A stretch of 57,275 bases of DNA from a virus, in the IMG/VR virus record IMGVR_UViG_3300035008_000001, positions 1 to 57,275 of that record; one strand, given 5' to 3'. A program made the position numbers and the translations under genes. The notes beneath the pieces were generated by a model. That model was not told where the DNA came from. It did no database searches and saw nothing but the letters and a program-made list of their open reading frames with translations. Of the stretch, positions 36,137-43,718 are shown one piece after another. The number at the start of each line of letters is the position of its first letter. Positions within the stretch are counted from its first letter, which is position 1.

Positions 36137-37063
36137 TCACTTGGACTGGGAAATTTTAAGCTGGCGGAATTGGGTGGGCTCGACCGAGTACCCTTTGCGG
36201 GAGATCACGGGCCTTGCGATCTTCCAGCCAGGAACGAAGGCGCTCTCGTGCGGACCGATCTTGGCGACGATCTCGCCTTCGATTTCCTTGCACCGATCGG
36301 TATCGACCTTGATCCGCCCCTTCAGCTCGGCACGCTCCTCGAGCAGGCCGGGCATCATGTTGTCGGCGGATAGATCAATCTGCTCGCCGTTGGTGCCGCG
36401 GCCCAAGCGGCTGAGCAGTGCATCGTCGCGGGTGTAGTCGGGGTCAGGCTCAATGCCGTCGGCGATCCGCTGCCAGAACGCCTTCACCTCGCCGGCGATG
36501 CGCTCATAGACGCCATCGTGAATCGGGACGTCGATGATTGGCATCTCGACGCCAAAGCCCACGACGAGCGGTGCCACGGCCGCCCAGGATGAGCCGGTGA
36601 GCTTCGCCTCGATGATCGCCTGGATGACGATCCAGATCGGCGGCTGAAGATCGCCGTTCTCGTCGTGCCATTTCTGCCGGAAGATGCTTGGCTCAACCGT
36701 CTTCACCTGGACGACGCCAATCCCGCGCTCAGGATCCATGGCGATGATGTCGGGCGTGGCGCCGAGCCTCACCGACGCGTCCCGGTAGTAGACTTGCCTA
36801 GGGAGCGTGTTGTGCCGGATGTCCCAGCCCGGGCGCTCGCGGCGGAGCAGGGTGACCGCAACGGGCTCGAGCAGCTGCCCGCGCTCCATGGCCGGCGTCA
36901 TCTCGGCGTCCTCGGAGATCCTGCCGGACTTCAGAGCCCAAAGCTCATAGGCCGACATGAACGGATGGACATTCAACAGTGCCGCGGCCGAGCTGGCCGT
37001 CACGTCCAGCGAACGCAGGGCTAGCCACGATGCAAGATCGCTGGCTGGGATACGCTCGATCAT
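36137..37063 (-). CDS. YqaJ-type (lambda Exo-like) recombination exonuclease
   Basis: 'VTASSAAALLNVHPFMSAYELW...' is a typical YqaJ N-terminus. Located upstream of recT. Confidence 0.75.
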   Translation of the reverse strand: MIERIPASDLASWLALRSLDVTASSAAALLNVHPFMSAYELWALKSGRISEDAEMTPAMERGQLLEPVAVTLLRRERPGWDIRHNTLPRQVYYRDASVRLGATPDIIAMDPERGIGVVQVKTVEPSIFRQKWHDENGDLQPPIWIVIQAIIEAKLTGSSWAAVAPLVVGFGVEMPIIDVPIHDGVYERIAGEVKAFWQRIADGIEPDPDYTRDDALLSRLGRGTNGEQIDLSADNMMPGLLEERAELKGRIKVDTDRCKEIEGEIVAKIGPHESAFVPGWKIARPVISRKGYSVEPTQFRQLKISQSK

Positions 37064-37152
37064 TGCAGCAGTGCCCCGACGATGAAGAGAAAAGCGAGAG
37101 CGGCGATTGTGCAGCAGAGCACTGCCCAGCCTTCGTGTTCCTGTCTAAGCAT
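37060..37152 (-). CDS. 30-aa hydrophobic micro-protein
   Basis: 'MLRQEHEGWAVLCCTIAALAFLFIVGALLQ'. The start overlaps the upstream stop (TGATG) and the stop overlaps the YqaJ start (ATGA). Confidence 0.45.
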   Translation of the reverse strand: MLRQEHEGWAVLCCTIAALAFLFIVGALLQ

Positions 37153-37376
37153 CAGTGCCTCCGTTGCAGCGTGATGAGCGTGGTGTCCGCCGGATCGACC
37201 ACGGCGCGGCCGGTCAGGCGCAGAAGCTCGGTGGCCATCAGCGAGAGAGCCTCATCGCTGAACGCACCCCATCCGAGAGTCTCGACGATGGCGTTGTGCG
37301 CTTCGTCGATAGGGCTGCCGTCGGCAAAATCGTCGTATGCAGCCAGCAAGGCGATGCAGTATTCGCGCGGTAGCAT
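37152..37376 (-). CDS. Hypothetical protein
   Basis: 74 aa, coupled ORF. Confidence 0.5.
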   Translation of the reverse strand: MLPREYCIALLAAYDDFADGSPIDEAHNAIVETLGWGAFSDEALSLMATELLRLTGRAVVDPADTTLITLQRRH

Positions 37377-37549
37377 CAGGCCGTCCTCCTCCGAATGATG
37401 GCCGCGAGGGAGATCAAAAACAGGCTGATCCCGAGCGTGACAAAGCCCAGCGCCAGCGTGAAATCGGAGCCGGGGAGATCAGCCGCCCCGAGGGCTACGC
37501 TGATCAGCGCCCACAGGGGGCTCACGAGCGCGAACGAAGAAATCATCAT
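37376..37549 (-). CDS. 57-aa two-TM micro-protein
   Basis: 'MMISSFALVSPLWALISVALGAA...LALGFVTLGISLFLISLAAIIRRR'. ATGA/TGATG coupling. Below the ORF-track cutoff. Confidence 0.5.
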   Translation of the reverse strand: MMISSFALVSPLWALISVALGAADLPGSDFTLALGFVTLGISLFLISLAAIIRRRTA

Positions 37550-37779
37550 TTGCATTGCCTGGCCTCCACCTTCGCGAGAACGGAGTTGATTGAATTGATC
37601 CGGCGCTGGATCACGGCACGCGCGGTCTCATCCTCGATGTCGTGATAGGCCGTGATCAGGACTGACCGGCAGCGAGTGAGAACCTCAACCATCTCGTCGA
37701 TGAGCTGCTGGCGCGGATCAGGTCGACTGCGCATATCGCGCATCGCCCCGGCCCAGTTGATCATCCGCTGCCGCATCAC
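37546..37779 (-). CDS. Hypothetical protein
   Basis: 77 aa, coupled ORF. Confidence 0.5.
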   Translation of the reverse strand: MMRQRMINWAGAMRDMRSRPDPRQQLIDEMVEVLTRCRSVLITAYHDIEDETARAVIQRRINSINSVLAKVEARQCK

Positions 37780-37985
37780 AGGCCTCCCATCAGGCCGCGC
37801 GTGACGGCGGCGAGGAACATCGCGAATGCGACGCCAACGATGAACGCGAGAAACTCCTCACGGGCATCTTCGCGGTTGGATGCCCGAAGCAGCTTCCAGA
37901 ATGAGATCGACGCTCCGATGCCGATCAGGAGGGCCGTGCCGTACCCGAAGACCGCGATGATGTAGGTGCCGATCGAGGCCATCAT
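37776..37985 (-). CDS. 69-aa two-TM membrane protein
   Basis: 'MMASIGTYIIAVFGYGTALLIGIG...FIVGVAFAMFLAAV'. ATGA coupling. Confidence 0.5.
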   Translation of the reverse strand: MMASIGTYIIAVFGYGTALLIGIGASISFWKLLRASNREDAREEFLAFIVGVAFAMFLAAVTRGLMGGL

Positions 37986-38212
37986 GCAGCCTCCGGAAGG
38001 GCAGGGGCCCAGACGCCGCGGATCTGACGAGCCGCTTCCTGAGCCGCATCCAAGCCGGGCGCGATGTGCTTTGCGCGGTAGCCAAACGAGATCAGCAAGA
38101 GGATGCACGCCTGGTCGTCAGCGAGATCCACGCCGGACATCGCAAGGTCCTCGGCCATGGATTCGCCGGGCACGTAGACGGGGACGACGGGGTATTTGAG
38201 CCGGGCGGGCAT
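37982..38212 (-). CDS. First gene of the leftward early operon, hypothetical
   Basis: Start taken at 'MPARLKYPVV' (38212), just downstream of the PL/OL-like sites. Confidence 0.45.
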   Translation of the reverse strand: MPARLKYPVVPVYVPGESMAEDLAMSGVDLADDQACILLLISFGYRAKHIAPGLDAAQEAARQIRGVWAPALPEAA

Positions 38213-38241
38213 TCGGTATCTCCGCTGCGATGGGAGAACCG

Positions 38242-38289
38242 TACCGCGATAAAAGTACCGCGTCAACCGTCACAAGATATAAATACCGC
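38242..38289 (-). promoter_or_regulatory. Leftward early promoter/operators (OL-like): TTGACG -35 plus two copies of the GCGGTA-N5-ATCG motif and a half-site
   Basis: Plus strand CGATaaaagTACCGC (38247-38261) and aGATataaaTACCGC (38275-38289). TACCGC half-site at 38242-38247. Minus-strand TTGACG at 38261-38266. Confidence 0.6.
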
Positions 38290-38439
38290 ATATCGAAAGT
38301 GGTGCTTCCGATTTGCCGATGCCTCGCGCGCGCGGAACCACAGTTCTGGGAACTTGGCGCCACGTGGCAGAGGGGCGCCGTCTTCAGCGGCGTCCCTTCT
38401 CTCAACCCGTCGGGATCTACAGTGGCGTGTAGTATTATA

Positions 38440-38534
38440 GTTTAGTTCTATACCCCACGTACGCGCGTAGTAATTCTCACGCGCGCAGGAAAGGTTTGCG
38501 TCAGGCAAACGGCGGCCCTTGAAGGCCGCCTTTT
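38440..38534 (+). ncRNA. Candidate structured small RNA or attenuator leader (three consecutive hairpins; 5' end unknown)
   Basis: Hairpin 1: 38462-38468 pairs with 38479-38485. Hairpin 2: 38494-38499 pairs with 38505-38510. Hairpin 3 is the terminator at 38511-38534. An AT-rich tract (tagtattatag) lies just upstream. Confidence 0.3.
38511..38534 (+). terminator. Intrinsic terminator
   Basis: 7-bp GC stem with 6-nt loop, ggcggcc-cttgaa-ggccgcc, followed by tttt. Confidence 0.65.
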
Positions 38535-38645
38535 CCATGCCCGAGTTCCCCGCCTGTGGAAAGCAAGGACAACTTTCCAACCGTCTCGACTCGCTTTTAC
38601 CGATCCTTCACCCTGAGAACAGAAAAAGAACAAACTGGGCAGCAA

Positions 38646-38867
38646 ATGAGCCGTTGGATTGATAGAAACCTGAGTGATGCCAAAGCGATGAGTGTGATTT
38701 GCGAAGATTGTGGAAGGCCCCGGACATTCGACCATCACAAGCTGCATGAGTTGGAAGCCAGAGGGTTGAGAACCTTCAGGCAGGTCGGTCCGCGCCTAAG
38801 GTGCCGGGCATGCATAGCCAAGGGCGGGGAAGGCCGAAACGTCGGCATCACGCCGATCTGGAGTTAG
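38646..38867 (+). CDS. Small zinc-ribbon protein (CxxC...CxxC)
   Basis: 'VICEDCGRP...LRCRACIAKG'. 73 aa. Confidence 0.5.
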   Translation: MSRWIDRNLSDAKAMSVICEDCGRPRTFDHHKLHELEARGLRTFRQVGPRLRCRACIAKGGEGRNVGITPIWS

Positions 38868-38880
38868 GAGGCAAGCGTCG

Positions 38881-39150
38881 ATGGATGCCACCAGGTTCAC
38901 CTATTTTGTCGTCCAGACCTTCCAGGCGGACGACGACAATGACGTGCTGATAGCGAATGAGCCGATCGAGGCGCCGAGCCGAGCTCGCGCCGTGTCGCTC
39001 GCCTCAGCCGCGACCTTCGACAAGGATGGAGTGCTAGCATTCTCCCGCACTGGGAGCATGGATACGGGCGACTACGACGATGCGGTGATCATCTTCCAGC
39101 ACGGACGGCTCCCGCCAGATCTCAGATCATGGGTCACCGGGGAGGCCTAA
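38881..39150 (+). CDS. Hypothetical acidic protein
   Basis: 89 aa. Its stop overlaps the cI stop (convergent genes). Confidence 0.5.
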   Translation: MDATRFTYFVVQTFQADDDNDVLIANEPIEAPSRARAVSLASAATFDKDGVLAFSRTGSMDTGDYDDAVIIFQHGRLPPDLRSWVTGEA

Positions 39151-39920
39151 ACTCCGAGTAGCTCGTCATGGGGGATGACGCGGTGTATAGCCTTCACCTC
39201 GTCAGTCTCGAACTCGATCTCCTTGCGGGGATTGAACTGCTCCACGATCACGCGGGTTGGGGTCTTCCTCAGTAGCCGCTTGATGTATCCCCGACCCGAT
39301 TCGCCCTCGTCGCCATGCAGCTCGATCACGACGTAATCCATCGGGCGGGGTGGTCGGTGCGGGTCCACGTAGAGGCGGTCCCCAGGCTCAAACTTCGGGT
39401 CCATGCTGTCGTTCTGGACGTAGACAACGTAGATGCCCTTGCGCCCCATAATGCCTGGTTGGCGGGGTTCGTGGCCCAGATTGACATCGGAGGTGAACTG
39501 GAAGTCACCGTCCTCACCGCTGCCGCCGAGGGCGGTACCTCGGACCGGCACGTCTCTCGGTCCGCCAAAGCCCCTGAAGTTCGGCAGGTCTTTAGCTTGT
39601 GACAGGTCGGTGTTTGGCTCGATATCATTCCGCACTGGTCGTGTGCCCAGGTCAGCTCTTGCGGGCTGGTCTGGCTTTGCTCTGGCTCCAAACCCAGGGT
39701 CAACCTCTGGTCCTTCACCCTTGAGAAGCCAATCGGCCGTCGTTCCGAGGACGGAAGCCAGCGCATCAAAGTTTTCCACACGGGGTGATCGCGACTTTCC
39801 GGCGAGAATGTTCCGGATGAATGCGTCACTCAGCCCGGCCTCAAGGGATGCGCCTCGAGCCGATTTCGCCGTTGCTTTCAGGCGCTTGATGATTCTGAGT
39901 TTGAGATCGCTGTCAGTCAT
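39147..39920 (-). CDS. CI-type repressor: XRE HTH plus S24 (LexA-like) autopeptidase
   Basis: 'GASLEAGLSDAFIRNILAGKS' (HTH). 'VQNDSMDPKFEPGDRLYVD' and 'GYIKRL' (Ser/Lys dyad context). Divergent from the rightward early operon. Confidence 0.85.
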   Translation of the reverse strand: MTDSDLKLRIIKRLKATAKSARGASLEAGLSDAFIRNILAGKSRSPRVENFDALASVLGTTADWLLKGEGPEVDPGFGARAKPDQPARADLGTRPVRNDIEPNTDLSQAKDLPNFRGFGGPRDVPVRGTALGGSGEDGDFQFTSDVNLGHEPRQPGIMGRKGIYVVYVQNDSMDPKFEPGDRLYVDPHRPPRPMDYVVIELHGDEGESGRGYIKRLLRKTPTRVIVEQFNPRKEIEFETDEVKAIHRVIPHDELLGV

Positions 39921-39994
39921 GCGGTAACATAATCGCGGGATCGCGATATCTCTCAGCGGTAAGATTATCGTTGACGACGCGGTATTAGTATCGC
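39921..39994 (+). promoter_or_regulatory. Rightward early promoter/operators (OR-like): three GCGGTA-N5-ATCG repeats, ATCGCG-N4-CGCGAT palindrome, TTGACG -35
   Basis: gcggtaacataatcg (39921-39935), gcggtaagattatcg (39956-39970) and gcggtattagtatcg (39979-39993). TTGACG at 39971-39976. Palindrome at 39932-39947. Confidence 0.65.
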
Positions 39995-40008
39995 ATGATC
40001 CAGTAATC

Positions 40009-40269
40009 ATGACACTCGTTCGCCACCTTCTCCAAACCGCCAAGGCCTATGCGACCGCGCAAGGCCTGAGCTTATCGCGCGTCTCAACAATCGTTTTTGG
40101 CGACGGGAAGGTTCTGTCGCGTCTAGACGATGGAGCGGATCTGACCACGCGCCGTCTTGAGACGGCCATGCAGTGGTTCTCGGACAACTGGCCTGACGGG
40201 GCATCCTGGCCTGAGGGGCCTCGTCGCCCTGATCCAAGTCCTGCCCCGCTCCCCGAAACTGTCTCCTAG
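40009..40269 (+). CDS. First rightward early gene (Cro position), carrying a domain shared with the 40862-41815 product
   Basis: 'AKAYATAQGLSLSRVSTIVFGDG...TTRRLETAMQWFSDNWPDGASWP' aligns with 'LKTYAEATGEPVTSVARAAARDG...TLRRFDEVRQWFADHWPASVEWP'. Confidence 0.6.
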   Translation: MTLVRHLLQTAKAYATAQGLSLSRVSTIVFGDGKVLSRLDDGADLTTRRLETAMQWFSDNWPDGASWPEGPRRPDPSPAPLPETVS

Positions 40270-40355
40270 CCCCAGCCATCTCGTCCTCCCGTCGATGCTC
40301 TGAGAATGGCGAACCGGGACCGTAACCGCAAAACAATCTTCCTAGGATTTCTTGC

Positions 40356-40847
40356 ATGAGCACGCGCAACCTTCTCGGCGACGACCATCTGGCTCTCAAA
40401 GCTGCGTATCGGACCTTGCTCAAACTGGCTGGCGGGCCCGTCCATGCTTCGCAGGAGATCACACGCGCCGATCCCGGTCGGCTTTCGCGCTACGGGAATC
40501 CGAGCGAGCCGATGTTCGCTCCGCTGGATGTGATCCGTGACTTAGAAGCGGATCTCGGCGAGCCAATTGTGACGCGGGCGCTGGCTGATCAGTCTGGCCA
40601 TGTGCTGGTTAGGAAGAGGCCAGCCACCAAGAGTGTAGACTTCGATCAGCACTTGGCCTGCATAGCGAAGGAACTGTCTGACCTGGTCAGCGGAATCGCC
40701 CAGGCAAAGGCCGATGGAACCATAACGCCGTCGGAAGTTGAAGCCATCAGGGTCCAAATCCGTGAGGGCTATGAGGCTCTCGCGAACTGCGAGGCCGACC
40801 TCGACCGCGCTGAATCGGTTGTTCCGATGTCCCGTAAACAACTCTGA
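40356..40847 (+). CDS. CII (CP76)-like regulatory protein
   Basis: 163 aa. 'ITRADPGRLSRYGNPSEPMFAPLDVI...' and 'ADGTITPSEVEAI' fit the phage CII/CP76 family pattern. Confidence 0.4.
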   Translation: MSTRNLLGDDHLALKAAYRTLLKLAGGPVHASQEITRADPGRLSRYGNPSEPMFAPLDVIRDLEADLGEPIVTRALADQSGHVLVRKRPATKSVDFDQHLACIAKELSDLVSGIAQAKADGTITPSEVEAIRVQIREGYEALANCEADLDRAESVVPMSRKQL

Positions 40848-40861
40848 AAGGGGCTGTTTCG

Positions 40862-41815
40862 ATGACCATCATTGCGCAAATCCGCATTCATGTGTTTGGC
40901 ATCGGCCAGCCCGAGATGGCGGATATCCTTGGCGTGCCACCCTCCGAGCTTTCAAATTGGGAGGCCGGCGAAGCCGAGCCGGGGCTGTCCCACCTGCAGA
41001 TTATGCGCGCTGAGGCAATCGCGCGCAGGCTGGAGTGGAGCGACGAATGGCTGTTCATTGGCCCACCGGCGCGGAATCTACATGCTCCTATCGAGGGACC
41101 CCTCATCGGCCACCTGCAGGATCTGTTGAAGACATATGCAGAGGCTACCGGGGAGCCGGTAACCTCTGTTGCCCGAGCGGCGGCACGAGATGGGTCGTAC
41201 TTCGCCAATCTCGGTGGGGAGCGATCCACTACCTTGCGGCGGTTCGATGAGGTCCGGCAATGGTTTGCTGACCATTGGCCGGCTTCCGTGGAATGGCCCG
41301 CCCTACGCATCGACCAAGGATTGCAATCTGCCGAGACTGAGAGCTTCGCATCTACAACGGCCGGACGGTTCCCCTCTGTCGCTGACGTCATTGCGACGAT
41401 CGGCGCGAGCAACCTGTCCAGCCACCTTCAGCTTCCCAGTTCGACGGTCGGAAATTGGAAGGGCCGCAACTCGATCCCCCCTGAATATTGGGTTGAGGTT
41501 ATCCGTGAGGCGCGCGTCTGCGGCGCTGAGGGCGTGACAGCAGACCTCCTCGCCACTCTCCATGCTCGATCTGCCATCGAGCAGGTCTCAGCTATTGCCA
41601 ATAGCGAGAACCGCATCCGTGAAATCCGCCAAGCCAGGGGGATGACGCTTGAGGATCTCTCTGAGCAGACCGGCCTCTCAGTTTCGTATTTGTCTCGGAT
41701 GGAATCGCAGAAGCGCAACGTCTCTCTCCACAATCTCCAGACCATTGCGATTGCTTTAGGCGTCTCGGTTCGCGCCCTCATCCCCGAGGGGGATATCGAG
41801 ATAGGTCAACAGTGA
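40862..41815 (+). CDS. Multi-HTH DNA-binding protein (XRE HTH, shared middle domain, Cro/YdaS-like HTH, C-terminal XRE HTH)
   Basis: 'GIGQPEMADILGVPPSELSNWEAG', 'SSHLQLPSSTVGNWKGRNSIPPEYW' and 'IRQARGMTLEDLSEQTGLSVSYLSRMESQKRN'. Confidence 0.65.
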   Translation: MTIIAQIRIHVFGIGQPEMADILGVPPSELSNWEAGEAEPGLSHLQIMRAEAIARRLEWSDEWLFIGPPARNLHAPIEGPLIGHLQDLLKTYAEATGEPVTSVARAAARDGSYFANLGGERSTTLRRFDEVRQWFADHWPASVEWPALRIDQGLQSAETESFASTTAGRFPSVADVIATIGASNLSSHLQLPSSTVGNWKGRNSIPPEYWVEVIREARVCGAEGVTADLLATLHARSAIEQVSAIANSENRIREIRQARGMTLEDLSEQTGLSVSYLSRMESQKRNVSLHNLQTIAIALGVSVRALIPEGDIEIGQQ

Positions 41816-42060
41816 TGTCCGGCGCCGGCTCCCTTTACGAAACGGCCCGTGCTCAGACCCGCGAGCGCTTGGCCAAGATCCGCCGGCAGCATGGATGCTG
41901 CGCGGCCGGCGTCGTGGCCGAGGGCTGGCTCGAGGGCATCCGTGATGAGCTACTAGCCGCTGTAGGCCCTGAGGCGACCTACGGCACCTTCCAGCGCAAG
42001 GCGGATCAGTCTGCCGAGCCTCTTCTCCTCTCCCAAGCCAACCAAGCCCTGAAAGGATAG
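41812..42060 (+). CDS. Hypothetical protein
   Basis: 82 aa, ATGA coupled. Confidence 0.5.
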   Translation: MMSGAGSLYETARAQTRERLAKIRRQHGCCAAGVVAEGWLEGIRDELLAAVGPEATYGTFQRKADQSAEPLLLSQANQALKG

Positions 42061-42063
42061 CCA

Positions 42064-42474
42064 ATGCCCCGTGGCAAGCGCAAAGCCGCCCAGCCGACAT
42101 CGAACGGTTTCGATCCTGATGTACTTCAGGACATCGTCGGACGCTTGGACGAGCTTGATTCTACGCTCGCATCAGAACGCGGCAGGTTCATGAAGCGGTG
42201 CCGCGACATCGCCGAGGATCGCAAGGGTGTTATGACCGAGGCGAAGGCTCGGGGCATCCCCTTGAAGCCCCTCAAGGTGGAGCTGAAGGCCCGCAAGCTG
42301 GCCCACAAGATCGAAGAGCTTCGCTCGGAGCTCGAGGCCGATGACGCCGACCAGGCCGTGCTCATTCGTGAAGCGCTCGGCGACTACGCCGATCTTCCGC
42401 TTGGCAAGGCGGCCGTCGATGCCGACGAGCGCCGCAAGGCTGATGGCGAGCTCGTGGACGACTTGGTGGACTGA
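42064..42474 (+). CDS. DUF2312/GapR-like DNA-binding protein
   Basis: 'LQDIVGRLDELDSTLASERG...VMTEAKARGIPLKPLKVELKARKL' resembles the UPF0335/GapR pattern (RxERLE...EAKxxGFDxK). Confidence 0.45.
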   Translation: MPRGKRKAAQPTSNGFDPDVLQDIVGRLDELDSTLASERGRFMKRCRDIAEDRKGVMTEAKARGIPLKPLKVELKARKLAHKIEELRSELEADDADQAVLIREALGDYADLPLGKAAVDADERRKADGELVDDLVD

Positions 42475-42476
42475 TC

Positions 42477-43022
42477 ATGACCACCATCCTGGGCTTGGAC
42501 GTCGCAAAGAGCATGGGTGTCTGTGACTGGAAGATCGGCCAGAAGCCGATCTTCTACACGGTAGCCTTGGGACGTGAGGGTGACGACGTCGGCATTGATG
42601 GCGCCTGGGATAAGGCTTGTCGGGCTCTTCGCTGGATCGCCGAACGGATGCGCACCTTCCCGCCGGACGAGGTCGTTATTGAGGCTCCGATCCCGGAGCG
42701 GGCGCTCTCAGGCCAGACCAATGCTCATTCGACCATGGTCAAGATGATGCTGATCGGTGTGCTCGGAGCGACTGTAAAGTTGAAGCACGTGCGTGTGACC
42801 CCAGCCAACATCCAGCGGGTGCGGAAAAGCTTCATCGGACATGGGAACCTCAAGAGCGAGGAAGCCAAGCGCCTGGTGCGCAAGGTCTGCCGCGAGATCG
42901 GCTGGGACTGCAACAACTACGACGAGTCCGACGCCGGCGCAGTCGCCCATTGGCGGGCGACAGAGCTTGGTCTGCTCGTCCCGGACGTGAAGCCATACCA
43001 CTATCGGAAGATCGCAGCATGA
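42477..43022 (+). CDS. RuvC-like Holliday junction resolvase
   Basis: 'ILGLDVAKSMG', 'VVIEAP' and 'YDESDAGAVAHW' provide a D-E-D-D arrangement. Confidence 0.5.
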   Translation: MTTILGLDVAKSMGVCDWKIGQKPIFYTVALGREGDDVGIDGAWDKACRALRWIAERMRTFPPDEVVIEAPIPERALSGQTNAHSTMVKMMLIGVLGATVKLKHVRVTPANIQRVRKSFIGHGNLKSEEAKRLVRKVCREIGWDCNNYDESDAGAVAHWRATELGLLVPDVKPYHYRKIAA

Positions 43023-43405
43023 CGCCGGGCCCGAATGAACTGGCAGCCTGCCGCGGCGGCGAGATCTGCCAGTACATGTCGATTTTCTTCACCGATCGGG
43101 ATGGCGACATCCGAGGGTCGGAGCGGGTGAGGCTGGAGCACTTCCTCAAGGCCGCGTCTGAAGAGCAGCTGAACCGCGCCGACGTCTTTTACGCCACCCG
43201 CATGCTCTTCGAGCGCCTCCACGCGATGGGCGACACCCAGTTCACCCGAGATCTCATCACGACATTTCGCACCGCCCTGAAAGAGGCCGCGATCACGAGG
43301 GCAGCCAATGGACAGCCAGCCGACGCAACCAAGGCCGCCGATGAGCTGGCGGCAGCTCCTGCCGAAGATCACGCTCCTGGCCCGCGAAGGGCTTTCGGCC
43401 GCTGA
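43019..43405 (+). CDS. Hypothetical protein
   Basis: ATGA coupled. 128 aa. Confidence 0.5.
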   Translation: MTPGPNELAACRGGEICQYMSIFFTDRDGDIRGSERVRLEHFLKAASEEQLNRADVFYATRMLFERLHAMGDTQFTRDLITTFRTALKEAAITRAANGQPADATKAADELAAAPAEDHAPGPRRAFGR

Positions 43406-43718
43406 TATCGGCCTGGCGCTCAACCAGCCCCCGAAGCGGATCGAGCGCATCGCGAGGAACGCGGGCGTTCGTCTCGCGGGGCCGGGTGGATACCGGAAGA
43501 TCCATTGCGGCGTACGGAAGCGCCACCACGAGAAGATCGCTGCGGTTGCCGCTCAGACCGGCCAGTCGCCAGCGCGCATCACGGAGCTCGTCGTTGGCGT
43601 GATGATGGATAAGCCGGTGTCCGTGATCCTGAAGGAGATCGGCAAGGAGTCCCGTCAGAAGCGCCGCTACACCTACCGCAACCGCAAACCGAAGATCCAA
43701 GCCGAGGCTGCAGAATGA
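43341..43718 (+). CDS. GcrA-like N-terminal HTH protein (alternative start 43308)
   Basis: 'MSWRQLLPKITLLAREGLSAADIGLAL...RIARNAGVRL' parallels the GcrA pattern 'MSW......L..LW..GLSASQIA..LG.......GK.HRLGL'. Confidence 0.35.
   Translation: MSWRQLLPKITLLAREGLSAADIGLALNQPPKRIERIARNAGVRLAGPGGYRKIHCGVRKRHHEKIAAVAAQTGQSPARITELVVGVMMDKPVSVILKEIGKESRQKRRYTYRNRKPKIQAEAAE

Noticed and set aside
34813-36159. 448-aa plus-strand ORF antisense to recT
   Set aside because: It is a shadow ORF with Arg/Leu/Gly-rich composition. The RecT frame carries clear family motifs and tight coupling to its neighbours.
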